Below, in pieces: positions 7,989 through 17,718 of a DNA stretch of 24,882 nt. Numbering within the stretch: the first letter of the stretch is position 1; each line of letters starts with the position of its first letter. Under the pieces are notes generated by a model. The model saw only the letters and a list, made by a program, of their open reading frames with translations, was not told the DNA's origin and searched no databases. Source of the stretch: an uncultured archaeon (GTDB lineage Archaea; Asgardarchaeota; Lokiarchaeia; Sigyniarchaeales; SOKP01); contig CAYLZE010000008.1 of the NCBI GenBank assembly GCA_964388035.1, positions 86,100 to 110,981 on the forward strand, given 5' to 3'. Position numbers and translations under genes: made by a program.

Positions 7989-9623
7989 CTATTCCATTCC
8001 TAACTTCCGTTTCTCAAGATCGACTAAATCTCTTCTAAGAATTTTGCCGGACCCAGTTTTAGGGATGCTGTCTATAAATTCGACTTCTCTAATTTTTTTA
8101 TATGCTGATATCCTTTCTGCAACCCAATCGATAATGTCTTGTTCGCTAACTTTTCCCCTTGATTGAGGTTTCAGTGTAATAAAAGCTTTTGGTATCTGAC
8201 CAATATCCAATTCTGTAGAAGGGCTTCCAATCACGGCAGCATCATCAACGTGCGGATTCTTAAATAAAAGATCTTCCAATTCTGCAGGAGCGATACTCCA
8301 ACCCTTATACTTTATCATCTCTTTTATTCGGTCAAGAAGGTGTTCGTATTCTTCTTCATCAATGTACGCCAAATCTCCCGTTCTTAACCACTTCTGTCCT
8401 GTGTTAGGATCGATCCAAAATGCGTCCTTTGTTGCTTGTGGTTTTTTCCAGTATCCCTTCATGACTTGAGGGCCTTTAATGACTAATTCTCCTACTTCTC
8501 CACGTTTAGGAATTTCTTGCCCAGTTTCTAAATCGACAATTTTATGAAAAGTATCGGGAAGAAGCGTTCCTTGGGATTCTATTTTGGGACGGTGCATCGG
8601 ATTTACGGCTACCACGGGCGAAGCTTCGGTTAATCCCCAGCCATGCTGAATCGTGACATTTTTTGCATTACATTTCTCTTTTACTAATTTATTAAACCTT
8701 TCAATAAGTTCGATTGGAATTGGGGCCGCCCCGTTATTAAAGATCTTCAAATCCGACCACTCATATCCGCTTACATCAGAGTTCTCCAGATGTCTAACTA
8801 CGGCTAGAAAAATAGGAGGAACACAAAGACTATATGTAACTCTATATTTTTCTATTAATTCGCAAAATTCTTTCACTTCAAACCTAGGAGTTACCACTTG
8901 AGAAGCCCCTAACCATATAGCTTGATTCATTAACACATTTAATCCATAAATATGATAAAAAGGAAGCACTGCCATGGCAATGTCCAATTCGCTCAACTCA
9001 AATACAGGGGAATTCTGAAGCACATTTGAAACTAAATTGTAATGGGTTAACATCGTGCCTTTAGGCAAGCCTGTCGTTCCACTCGTATATACTAACGCGG
9101 CTAAATCTTCTTTAGAATTGAATTCATGCTCGGAGGGTTCTGAGGTGGTGGTTTTAAGCAATTCTGAAAAGGAGATAGTATCCAAAGGAAGGTTACTATC
9201 ATTCTCTATAATTATTACATGTTTCAATTTGGTTTTTCTTCTAACTTTTTCTACATTCGGATAGAGTGGTTGAAAAACGATTATTGCTACTGCTTCTGAA
9301 TCATTAGCCTCGTATTCAACTTCAGATTCTTTAAATTGTGGGTTCATGGGAACAAGGATAGCACCCGCTTTCTCAAGTCCAAAAAATGCAATTTCCCAAT
9401 TAATCGAGTTGGGACTATATAATGCTACTCTATCGTTTTTTTTAATTCCCAAATCCCTTAAACTATTGGCTAATGAGTTTACTCTGTCCTCGAATTGTTT
9501 ATAAGATAATTTTTCAGGATATAGAAAGGCAGGACGATCCGGGAAACGATTCGCGGATTCATCTAAAATTTTGTATATTGGAATTTCGGGATAATATAGA
9601 TGTCCCCTTTTATATTTTACCAT
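7989..9623 (-). CDS. Long-chain fatty-acid/acyl-CoA ligase (ANL adenylate-forming family)
   Basis: YTSGTTGLPKG, GWGLTE, GELVIKGPQVMKGYW, RTGD, PKTGSGKILR motifs. Confidence 0.95.
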   Translation of the reverse strand: MVKYKRGHLYYPEIPIYKILDESANRFPDRPAFLYPEKLSYKQFEDRVNSLANSLRDLGIKKNDRVALYSPNSINWEIAFFGLEKAGAILVPMNPQFKESEVEYEANDSEAVAIIVFQPLYPNVEKVRRKTKLKHVIIIENDSNLPLDTISFSELLKTTTSEPSEHEFNSKEDLAALVYTSGTTGLPKGTMLTHYNLVSNVLQNSPVFELSELDIAMAVLPFYHIYGLNVLMNQAIWLGASQVVTPRFEVKEFCELIEKYRVTYSLCVPPIFLAVVRHLENSDVSGYEWSDLKIFNNGAAPIPIELIERFNKLVKEKCNAKNVTIQHGWGLTEASPVVAVNPMHRPKIESQGTLLPDTFHKIVDLETGQEIPKRGEVGELVIKGPQVMKGYWKKPQATKDAFWIDPNTGQKWLRTGDLAYIDEEEYEHLLDRIKEMIKYKGWSIAPAELEDLLFKNPHVDDAAVIGSPSTELDIGQIPKAFITLKPQSRGKVSEQDIIDWVAERISAYKKIREVEFIDSIPKTGSGKILRRDLVDLEKRKLGME

Positions 9624-9823
9624 GGTTCATCTATTAATCAATTTGATTTCTCTTTTTATTAATCTTGCTATAAAAAAATAAATTTATGATCATAAATTCA
9701 AAAAAAACTTAACTTGAAATCAAGATTTACGAAGGAATTTTCCATTATTAAGATTTTATATTTTAGAACTAGTAAAAGATACGAACCTTTAATTTAATAT
9801 ATCGGAATAATGATTAAAAATAA

Positions 9824-9871
9824 TTAGAGGATTTAAATTGCAGAAAAAGTAAAATCTATTTGTAACTTACC
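9824..9871 (+). repeat. Direct repeat, copy 2; orphan remnant of a ferredoxin-gene 3' end
   Basis: 9824-9865 encodes LEDLNCRKSKIYL* versus LEELNLKKSKIYL* of the intact gene; 27-nt identical core 9845-9871. Confidence 0.85.
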
Positions 9872-9910
9872 CTTTTAGAAATTATAATAAGTGTAAAAAG
9901 AGTGATCGGC

Positions 9911-11404
9911 ATGAACAAAATAGAGGAGTTAAAAGAACATTTTAGGGAAATAATGAGGCTAAAATACATTTTTAATGTATTAGATTATGACCAACAAGTT
10001 TTTATGCCAAAAGGGTCTGTAAAGGGAAGGGCAGAGCAGAGAGCTCTAATACAAGGATTGATTCACGATAAAATCATATCTAAGAAAACGCTTGATTTAA
10101 TTAATAGTGTGGAAAAGGAGACCAATTTAAATCTTATAGATTCAGCAATTTTAAGAGAAGCAAAGAGAGAATATGAACAAGCAATCAAATTACCAAACGA
10201 ATTAGTTACCAAGATTGCGAAAACAGCTTCTTTAGGTCATCAAGCATGGGAAAAAGCTCGGGAAAAAAACGATTACAAATTGTTTGAACCTATTCTCAAA
10301 CAAATAATCGACTTACAAATTGAAAAGGCAGAAAAATTAGCCACCCATCCCTCGCGGTATTCTACAATGATAGACTTATACGAACCAGGAGCTACTTTTG
10401 AATGGATTGATGGTATATTCAAAAATCTTAAAAACCATTTGATAAGAATCTTGAAAAAATTAGAAAATTCCTCTTACAAACCTGATAATTCTATACTAAA
10501 AAGACAATATGATAAAGAGAGGCAATGGGAATTTAGTTTGGAATTAGTTAAAGACTTAAACTTTAACTTTGATATAGGAAGACAAGATATTTCAGCTCAT
10601 CCATTTACTAGTTCTCTTGCTTTTAAGGACGTTAGAATTACAACGAGAATATGGGAAAATTTTCTTCCCGCATGTATATTAGGGGCGATCCATGAATGTG
10701 GTCATGCGCTCTATGAAATGAATTTAATGGAAGAGATAAATTCAACCAATTTAGCAAGTGGGACCTCCATGGGAATTCATGAAGCAATGTCCAGAATGTA
10801 TGAAAACATCTTAGGACGCAGTAAAGAATTTTGGAACAAATGGTATCACAGGTTACAAACTTATTTTCCCGAAAATTTAAATAATTATCCGGAGGAGGAA
10901 TTTTATCGGGCTTTAAATACTGTTAAGCCCTCCTTCATAAGAGTAGAAGCAGACGAAGTAACCTACGGACTTCATATAATTTTACGATTTGAAATAGAAA
11001 AAATGATCCTGGAAAATAATTTGCCCGTAAATGAATTACCTTCTGTCTGGAATGAAAAAATGACTGAATTATTGGGAATAACCCCACCGAATGACGCTCT
11101 TGGAGTCTTACAAGATGTGCATTGGTCAGAGGGGTTTTTTGGTTATTTCCCTTCCTATTCCCTTGGAAATCTTTATGCCTCCCAGATTTATTCACATGCC
11201 AAGAATAGAATTACTGCATTATCAGACCAGATACAAGAGGGAAATTATCAACCTTTATTCAGTTATCTTAAAGAAAATGTATTTCAATATGGAAAAATTT
11301 ATCGACCTCGTGATTTATTGATTAAAATTACAAAGGAAGATTTAGATCCTCTTTATTTTATTAAATATTTGGAAGATAAATTCCTCCCTATATATGGATA
11401 TTAA
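9911..11404 (+). CDS. Carboxypeptidase Taq family (M32) metallopeptidase
   Basis: HPF, DVRITTR, HECGH, IRVEADE, QDVHW, GYFPSYSLG motifs; ATG 9911 or GTG 9902. Confidence 0.95.
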   Translation: MNKIEELKEHFREIMRLKYIFNVLDYDQQVFMPKGSVKGRAEQRALIQGLIHDKIISKKTLDLINSVEKETNLNLIDSAILREAKREYEQAIKLPNELVTKIAKTASLGHQAWEKAREKNDYKLFEPILKQIIDLQIEKAEKLATHPSRYSTMIDLYEPGATFEWIDGIFKNLKNHLIRILKKLENSSYKPDNSILKRQYDKERQWEFSLELVKDLNFNFDIGRQDISAHPFTSSLAFKDVRITTRIWENFLPACILGAIHECGHALYEMNLMEEINSTNLASGTSMGIHEAMSRMYENILGRSKEFWNKWYHRLQTYFPENLNNYPEEEFYRALNTVKPSFIRVEADEVTYGLHIILRFEIEKMILENNLPVNELPSVWNEKMTELLGITPPNDALGVLQDVHWSEGFFGYFPSYSLGNLYASQIYSHAKNRITALSDQIQEGNYQPLFSYLKENVFQYGKIYRPRDLLIKITKEDLDPLYFIKYLEDKFLPIYGY

Positions 11405-11618
11405 TCTTACTCACTTTAAAGGCATTTATAGAAGAATTTAGAGTGAAAACCCTCGTACGGAGCAAATTAAATAATATGTCTTCATTAAAAATATAAAGAG
11501 ATTATGAAAAATTTAAGTTAATATAAAATTATTGTTTACCTTTTTTCAAATTTAATGAAATAATTTTGGAATATTTGATTACGTATATTTAGAGTAAAAA
11601 AGCTGAAATTAAATTCTC

Positions 11619-12137
11619 TTAAAATATCATCGAATTTGAAGCCGCAACGCATTTTTCCTTCATGCCGAACTTACACGGCCTAAAGTCAAGCTTCAGGGGA
11701 ATGATCATGTCATTTAGCACGTCGGTAATGATCTCAATTGAAACGTCACTGACGAGGGGATTATTCCTGAAATGGTAATTCGTGATCTCATAAATATGTT
11801 CTAGACTATGACTTCCAATCATCACGCTCATATTTAAACTGCCGGACAATCTATACACATTCAGCATAAAAGGGCAAAAATCGATGGTTTTAAGCAGCAT
11901 ATCGGGGTCCTTTACTTGACAGTCCACGCGTGCAAGGTACATGTTATTTTTTTTTAAATTAAACCCTGCTTGATAATCTAGAATGCCGGATTTTTCCAAT
12001 TTTTTAATGCGGATACCAACAGTGGGCTGGCTTCTATTCACTTTTTCGGAAATCTTGGTGTGAGTGATTAGAGGATCTTTTTGAATCAATTCAATTATTT
12101 TCCTATCCACCTTATCGATTAAAGTTTGTTCATTCAT
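11619..12137 (-). CDS. Lrp/AsnC-family transcriptional regulator
   Basis: IDKVDRKIIELIQKD...SQPTVGIRIKKLEKSG HTH followed by a RAM-like domain. Confidence 0.9.
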   Translation of the reverse strand: MNEQTLIDKVDRKIIELIQKDPLITHTKISEKVNRSQPTVGIRIKKLEKSGILDYQAGFNLKKNNMYLARVDCQVKDPDMLLKTIDFCPFMLNVYRLSGSLNMSVMIGSHSLEHIYEITNYHFRNNPLVSDVSIEIITDVLNDMIIPLKLDFRPCKFGMKEKCVAASNSMIF

Positions 12138-12209
12138 TTTTTTTAATCACCATAAAATGATTTTTTTAATTTTATATAAGATATTTATATTTATAAATAA
12201 ATCGATATT

Positions 12210-12219
12210 GTGATATCAC
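12210..12219. promoter_or_regulatory. Palindromic candidate operator in the Lrp/TFB divergent promoter
   Basis: Perfect 10-bp palindrome GTGATATCAC in an otherwise nearly pure A/T 132-bp spacer. Confidence 0.4.
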
Positions 12220-12269
12220 GAAATTAAAATAATAAGATTTATAAATAAAAAAATATTTCAGTACAATAT

Positions 12270-13208
12270 ATGATGGAAAAATTACTGGTTAAACCCCTGC
12301 AAGAAATTGTTTCAGAAAGAGGAGCAAGTGAAATTGAGGTTTGCTGTGACTCGCCTTCCTTTTTGGAGAGAAACGGTTTCTTAGTCTGCTCGAATTGTGG
12401 TGCCATTAAGTCGGAGATAATTGATTTCTCACCCTTGGTCAACTACTCAATGGATCAGAGAAATAATAGAACCATCAATGAGAAAGTATACAGTCCTATC
12501 GGGCCCCGCACTAAGTTTCTTGACCGTAGAGATGCCAATGGTAACTACTTGAGCCCAAATCAAATTGCCCGATTTGAACGGCTTCAAAAGATAAACAACT
12601 CTCTAACAAACGGGTTTGAAAGAAATTTATGGATTGCCTTACCCGAGTTCAAGCATCTTGCAACGTTATTGAACATTTCTGATTTCGTGATTGAAGACGC
12701 AAAAACCATGTATCGGTATGCTGTAAGAAAAAAGTTAGTTCTCGGTCGTCGAATCGAGGATTTAGTTGCAGCTACCATTTATTGTGCCTTAAGGGTTAAT
12801 CGAATTCCTGTTACCATGGAAGAGCTTATTAAGCAATATCCCATTTCCAAGAAGAATTTGGTGAAAAATTACAAAATGGTCGTATTGAAGATACTGCCTG
12901 CTTTAAAAATGCAGGTAAAGCGCATAACTTGTTCCGATTATTTCGTGCGATTCGCGGATAAGCTGAACTTAGGCATGGAGCTTAAGGCAAAAGGTTTAGC
13001 AACGCTCAAGAATGCTTTAACGAAAGGGTTAAAAACTTCTGGGAAAGATCCGAAAGGAATTGCTGCGGCAATTATCTACATGCTTACCAAGGAAACGGAC
13101 GGTTATCTTACTCAGAAGGAGATTTGCGAATTAACCAAGATTACGGAAACCACCTTACGCATACGAATCAAAGAGATTTCAAAGTTATGTCTATTAGCTC
13201 ATTCCTAA
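12270..13208 (+). CDS. tfb: Transcription initiation factor IIB (TFB) paralogue
   Basis: N-terminal Zn ribbon (CC...CSNCG), ERNL motif, two cyclin repeats (GRRIEDLVAATIY; GKDPKGIAAAIIY), TQKEI...TETTLR HTH. Confidence 0.92.
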   Translation: MMEKLLVKPLQEIVSERGASEIEVCCDSPSFLERNGFLVCSNCGAIKSEIIDFSPLVNYSMDQRNNRTINEKVYSPIGPRTKFLDRRDANGNYLSPNQIARFERLQKINNSLTNGFERNLWIALPEFKHLATLLNISDFVIEDAKTMYRYAVRKKLVLGRRIEDLVAATIYCALRVNRIPVTMEELIKQYPISKKNLVKNYKMVVLKILPALKMQVKRITCSDYFVRFADKLNLGMELKAKGLATLKNALTKGLKTSGKDPKGIAAAIIYMLTKETDGYLTQKEICELTKITETTLRIRIKEISKLCLLAHS

Positions 13209-13533
13209 TAGTATAAAAATTCAAAATTTTTATTCCAAATTAAATTTGGTTATTTAAATTCTTTAAGAAGAGGGAGAGTTTTTATTTTATTTTTATCAAT
13301 TGTGAGTTTTCAAATGATTTAACTTCCTATAAAAAAATGATCCAATATCGTCTTGATCGTTCATTTGGATGGATTCAAATGAAATTTCATTCCTTCAAAT
13401 AGAATTTTTTAAACTATGTTAGAATTTTTGTTCCATCATTAAATGCTACAATAAATGTCCGATGGAATTATCCCAGTAACTTTATTTTTTCGTACTTTAT
13501 TTATCATATTGAATTATAAACAAAATGTAAAAA

Positions 13534-13707
13534 ATGACTTCGAATAGGAATGAAATTGAAAAAAAAGCATTATAGCTTTCTCATCATGAACGGGCATTAC
13601 TAATTCGTCAATTATTAGAAAGTTTAGAAGAAGATGAATGTGCCGAAGATTTAAAGAATGATGAAGTTAAACGCAAGTATAATCAATATAAGCAAGAATT
13701 GTTTTAA
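13534..13707 (+). pseudogene. Degraded addiction-module (antitoxin-like) gene
   Basis: MTSNRNEIEKKAL*LSHHERALLIRQLLESLEEDE...EVKRKYNQYKQELF*; pattern ALxLxxxERAxLxxxLLESL; internal TAG at 13573-13575. Confidence 0.6.
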
Positions 13708-13871
13708 AAATAAGGGAAAACACCGAACCTGTTCTAACTGCTATAAGACAAACTCTAACTGAATAAGTAATTTCAAAAGAAGTGAAATAATTTTTGCCAG
13801 AGGATTTAGAAAATCTGTAATTTTTATAGCAAAGTATATTATTCTTAATATAAAAATGCGAGTTGAATAAA

Positions 13872-14993
13872 ATGGAAATGGGATATCATTCTTTATCTAA
13901 TCTTGCCAAGATTAGAAAAAATGTAAAAAGAAATAGAATTTCGAGCTATGATAGATCGGGAGCTAACCTTGACATGGTGACAATGAGCCCCGGTGATAAG
14001 CATGAAGTTTGTCATATTAAGGGTGTAGGCTGCATTAAACACATTTGGATGACCCTCGCTTCAGAAGAACCATATTACTTAAGGGAAGTGGTTCTTCGCA
14101 TGTGGTGGGATGGAGAAGAAACCCCTTCCGTGGAAGTCCCGATTGGGGATTTTTTTGGAATAGGGCATTCAAAAACAGTGAATTATTGGAGCTTGCCTCT
14201 TTCCATGGGACCACAGGATGGAAAAGGATTTAATTGCTGGTTTCCGATGCCTTTTTCAAAGAGTGCCAGGATCGAAGTTGAGAATGAAACGAAAAATAAT
14301 TTCGTCTGTTATTATTACATAGACTATGAAGAATATGATGAATTAGACCCTTCTTACGGGAGATTCCACGTGCAATGGCGGCGTGAAAATCCATTTCACG
14401 GAAAAGATTATGGCAAGATCAAGGGAAACCGCATTGATAAGTTTTGGAAAACGAATCCAACCCATAAAAACGATTACGTGATTCTAGAAGCTGAAGGAGA
14501 AGGGCATTTTGTTGGATGTCACTTAAACATTCATAATTTATATGTCCCGGAAAACCCGGAATTTCATAATTGGCCTGGAGAGGGAGACGATTATATTGAG
14601 ATTGATGACGGAGAGAGGCGGTTATATGGGACGGGAACCGAAGATTACTTTTGCACGTCATGGAGTCCCTTTCAATATTATTGTTCGCCCTACTTCGGCA
14701 TTACATTACCAGGCGGCAAGCAATTCACGGGGAAAATCTCCTATTATCGATATCATGTAGAAGATCCTATTTACTTTCATAAAAATATTAAAGTTAAGAT
14801 TGAAAGCGGGCATGCTAACCAAAGATCCGATGATCTCTCTTCTACCGCGTATTGGTACCAAACCGAACCTCATGCAAAATTTCCTCCATTATTATCTCGA
14901 GAAGAACGATTACCTAGAGAAGAACCAAAGGAAATTCCGAGAGAAGAATCTAATCTAATTCATAAGTTCCCATTTTATAAATCTAAAGAGTAA
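13872..14993 (+). CDS. DUF2961 / glycoside hydrolase family 172 protein
   Basis: SSYDRSGAN, GCIKHIWMT, WWDGEETPSVEVPIGDFFG, FPMPF, WPGEGD, GTGTEDYF, YRYHVEDPIYF, STAYWYQ motifs; start ATG 13872 or 13878. Confidence 0.9.
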   Translation: MEMGYHSLSNLAKIRKNVKRNRISSYDRSGANLDMVTMSPGDKHEVCHIKGVGCIKHIWMTLASEEPYYLREVVLRMWWDGEETPSVEVPIGDFFGIGHSKTVNYWSLPLSMGPQDGKGFNCWFPMPFSKSARIEVENETKNNFVCYYYIDYEEYDELDPSYGRFHVQWRRENPFHGKDYGKIKGNRIDKFWKTNPTHKNDYVILEAEGEGHFVGCHLNIHNLYVPENPEFHNWPGEGDDYIEIDDGERRLYGTGTEDYFCTSWSPFQYYCSPYFGITLPGGKQFTGKISYYRYHVEDPIYFHKNIKVKIESGHANQRSDDLSSTAYWYQTEPHAKFPPLLSREERLPREEPKEIPREESNLIHKFPFYKSKE

Positions 14994-15039
14994 AATGACG
15001 ATCATGCCGAATATTCTTCAGATCAAATTCGTTAATTCA

Positions 15040-15087
15040 TCAACGATTTGAATTCACTGAGATCGTTGAAATAATTCTTTCTTTTTA
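15040..15087 (+). terminator. Hairpin plus U-rich tract after the GH172 gene
   Basis: TCAACGAT (15040-15047) / ATCGTTGA (15062-15069) followed by ttctttcttttt. Confidence 0.4.
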
Positions 15088-15424
15088 TAAGATCCTATTT
15101 TTATAGAATTTCTTGATGCATAATATCTAAATTAACATAAGTAGGAAAGACATTGCCTGTTGTACTATGCTCAAATTAACAAATTTTGTATAAAGACTAT
15201 TTTATGACTTTATGCCTTATTTTATGAAAAAATGTTTATATGGCGTTAATATCTACTCCATTTTTTTAATAAGCTTTTCGAGAAAAGAACATGAATGGAG
15301 CATTTATTGATAGACTATTTCGTCTTAAAAACCTCAATTTTCTCCTTTTATCAAACTTTTGAAAGTGAAACAACATTTAGTAACCTTATAAAAAGTTTAT
15401 TTAACGCTCTAAAAAGTATAAAAA

Positions 15425-16354
15425 ATGGTAGAAAATAACGTTTTAACGGAGGATCTTAAAAATTTTTTGATTGGCCAAGGTGCAGATCTTGTAGGAATTG
15501 CGCCCATTTCTAGATTTGAAGGATGCCCCGATGTAACTCATCCCAGACATTATATGGAAGATGCTATATGCGTTGTATCCATTGGAATGAAACTTCTTGA
15601 TGAAATTTGTAATTCTTGGGGAGAATATAACCAACCTCATAAAAGCGCTTCCCCTTATCTATTTTATGGATTTGGGATAACTAATATCGAATTATCGCGG
15701 ATGGGAAACCTTGCATCAAAACGAATTCTAGAAACACAGGGATATAAGGCCCTTTTATTTCCACCTACATTTCTCGTGGGGCACTATCGGTTTGTTCATA
15801 AAATTGTTGAAGAAGATCCTCTTTTTTGGGCCGATTTTTCTCATCGTCATGCTGCAGTGGCAGCAGGGCTTGGCGAATTTGGCTATAGTGGGCTAATTTT
15901 AGTACCAAAATTTGGTTCTCGAGTACGTTTTAATTCAATTATTACTAATGCTCCCTTAGTAGGTAGTCCTATGTATGATGGTCCAAAATTATGTCAACCT
16001 GAAAAATGTAATTATAAATGCGTCCGTGATTGTCCTACTGAAGCATTAGCACTCGGTGGTGAAACATATCATGTAAAAATTGGTGAAAAAGAATATGAAT
16101 ATTGTAAAGCAGAAAAAATGCGTTGTTATCTAGCTGTCCACGGTTTGGTCCGTGGAACAGGTGGAAGAACTAAAAGAACTCTCCCACCACGTGCAAAAAA
16201 GAAGAATATGATCGATGACTATTTTAATGGAATGAAGAGGCAGAATGCATTTGATAAATCTTTCATGGATGAACGTCCCTTCGTCATGGGGGATCTCTGT
16301 GGAAAATGCTTACATGGTTGCATTGCACATAAATTTTATAAACCACCTGAATAA
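15425..16354 (+). CDS. QueG/reductive-dehalogenase-superfamily cobalamin-binding Fe-S protein
   Basis: GADLVGIA, SHRHAAVAAGLGEFG, PKFGSRVRFNSIITNAPL, C..C...CVRDCP and C-terminal CGKCLHGC. Confidence 0.85.
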   Translation: MVENNVLTEDLKNFLIGQGADLVGIAPISRFEGCPDVTHPRHYMEDAICVVSIGMKLLDEICNSWGEYNQPHKSASPYLFYGFGITNIELSRMGNLASKRILETQGYKALLFPPTFLVGHYRFVHKIVEEDPLFWADFSHRHAAVAAGLGEFGYSGLILVPKFGSRVRFNSIITNAPLVGSPMYDGPKLCQPEKCNYKCVRDCPTEALALGGETYHVKIGEKEYEYCKAEKMRCYLAVHGLVRGTGGRTKRTLPPRAKKKNMIDDYFNGMKRQNAFDKSFMDERPFVMGDLCGKCLHGCIAHKFYKPPE

Positions 16355-16636
16355 ACTTTTTTATATTTATCCATAATTAAAAAATTAGAAATAGATAAAC
16401 TAAAATATTTCAAGAGTAATAATAAGATGGAAAATAAATCAGAGAGATATTCAAGAAGGAAAGCAATTGCATGCGGATGTGACCATATCTCAGAACAAAC
16501 GGCATGCCAGCCTTTCACGCTTTTAGTATTTACATTCTATTTTTCTGTTGTTAGTCTTAACATCCTTCTAATAAGTGTATTTCCCCAAAGAAATCAAGTA
16601 TTATGAAAAATAGATTTATTTTAGAATCTAAATTAT

Positions 16637-16819
16637 TTACTGGCACGTTTCATCTCTACATTCCGAACAGATCATGTTATCGAAACTAATATATCCGCAC
16701 GTTGGTCCCATCCAACATTCAAGTTGCCCCGTTTCTTCATTTATTATCATATCTTGCCCGCAATGTTGCGGTAGCGTGATGATTTCTCTTCCACAATTTG
16801 CACATTTTAATCCTTTCAT
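16637..16819 (-). CDS. Small Cys-rich metal-binding protein (60 aa, 8 Cys)
   Basis: MKGLKCANCG...HCGQDM...ECWMGPTCG...CSEC...C; GGAGGT ribosome-binding site precedes ATG 16819, so the 16834 start is less likely. Confidence 0.8.
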   Translation of the reverse strand: MKGLKCANCGREIITLPQHCGQDMIINEETGQLECWMGPTCGYISFDNMICSECRDETCQ

Positions 16820-17248
16820 TTTCTTACCTCCCATTTATTATTTTTATGATTGAACTGTATTTTATCTAAATAGAAGGAGCAAAATCGCCAATTTAATTAT
16901 GTTTATTATGAAATAAATGAAAAATCTCCCATTTATTGTCATGAATTAACCGTTCTTTTAAACAAGATTAATAATATATTAAGTAATGGCGCTATGTTTA
17001 AGGAATTTTGAATTCTGGGATTTTTTTATTAATTATAATCTTGGTAATAATATTATAAAAGAACGATAGCTATCACAATTTTAAAAAAGTTAAGACCATC
17101 TTTTTTTCTATTTTCATTGATTCATCTTTATTCTAAAAATGGATAATATTCTTTGATTCATTAAATAATAAATAAATCTTTAACCGCACTTTTAAATTAT
17201 TAATAATATTCCCTAGTTTTCTATTAGCGTAAGAGTTGGGAACATGAT

Positions 17249-17679
17249 ATGATTTTTAAAGAAATTTTTAATTCGAAAAGCATCTTTCCATTGTTGACTC
17301 TGGTTTGGTCTGTTTTTTTTTACTTACCCAATTAAGTTATATGCAGAATAATTCGTTTAATCTGGCTAATGCTATCATTGGATTTATCCTTGCTGGTGCA
17401 ATTAGTCTAAATAGACTGCTTTCTGCGCATGATTTCTAACTAATAGAACTCATTGTAGGGATATTTAATATTATAGTAGGGATAATTATTTTTTTCTTAT
17501 TTAACCAAGATCTATTAACTAGTACCCTTATTCTTCTGATAGGAGCAGGAGCGGAACTCACGGGAATTGCTTTTGGAAAGTATTTTTTAGGAGGATCTTC
17601 GCAAACATTACCATCACCCACTAAAAATCCATATACCATACCATCTCCCGAGCCAGAACCAGAACCTAATACCCTATAA
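17249..17679 (+). pseudogene. Disrupted multi-pass membrane protein with Pro/Glu-rich tail
   Basis: MIFKEIFNSKSIFPLLTLVWSVFF, frameshift in T9 run 17313-17321, then LLTQLSYMQNN...IIGFILAGAISL...AHDF*LIELIVGIFNIIVGIIIFFLF...PSPEPEPEPNTL*; internal TAA 17437-17439. Confidence 0.6.
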
Positions 17680-17718
17680 TATTCATATTTATATGTTAAA
17701 ATCATTTAATAAATTCGA

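Noticed and set aside
14995-15030. AUGA-initiated stem as a possible eukaryote-like SECIS
   Set aside because: No GA partner for the non-Watson-Crick quartet, and the upstream gene has no in-frame UGA.
16336-16606. Overlapping short ORFs (16427..16606 plus, 59 aa with a hydrophobic stretch; 16336..16518 minus)
   Set aside because: No motif or clear ribosome-binding site; cannot tell either from chance.
17436-17705. 89-aa minus-strand ORF with GSGSGSG
   Set aside because: Mirror of the plus-strand pseudogene's PEPEPEP tail; the plus strand gives coherent transmembrane helices.
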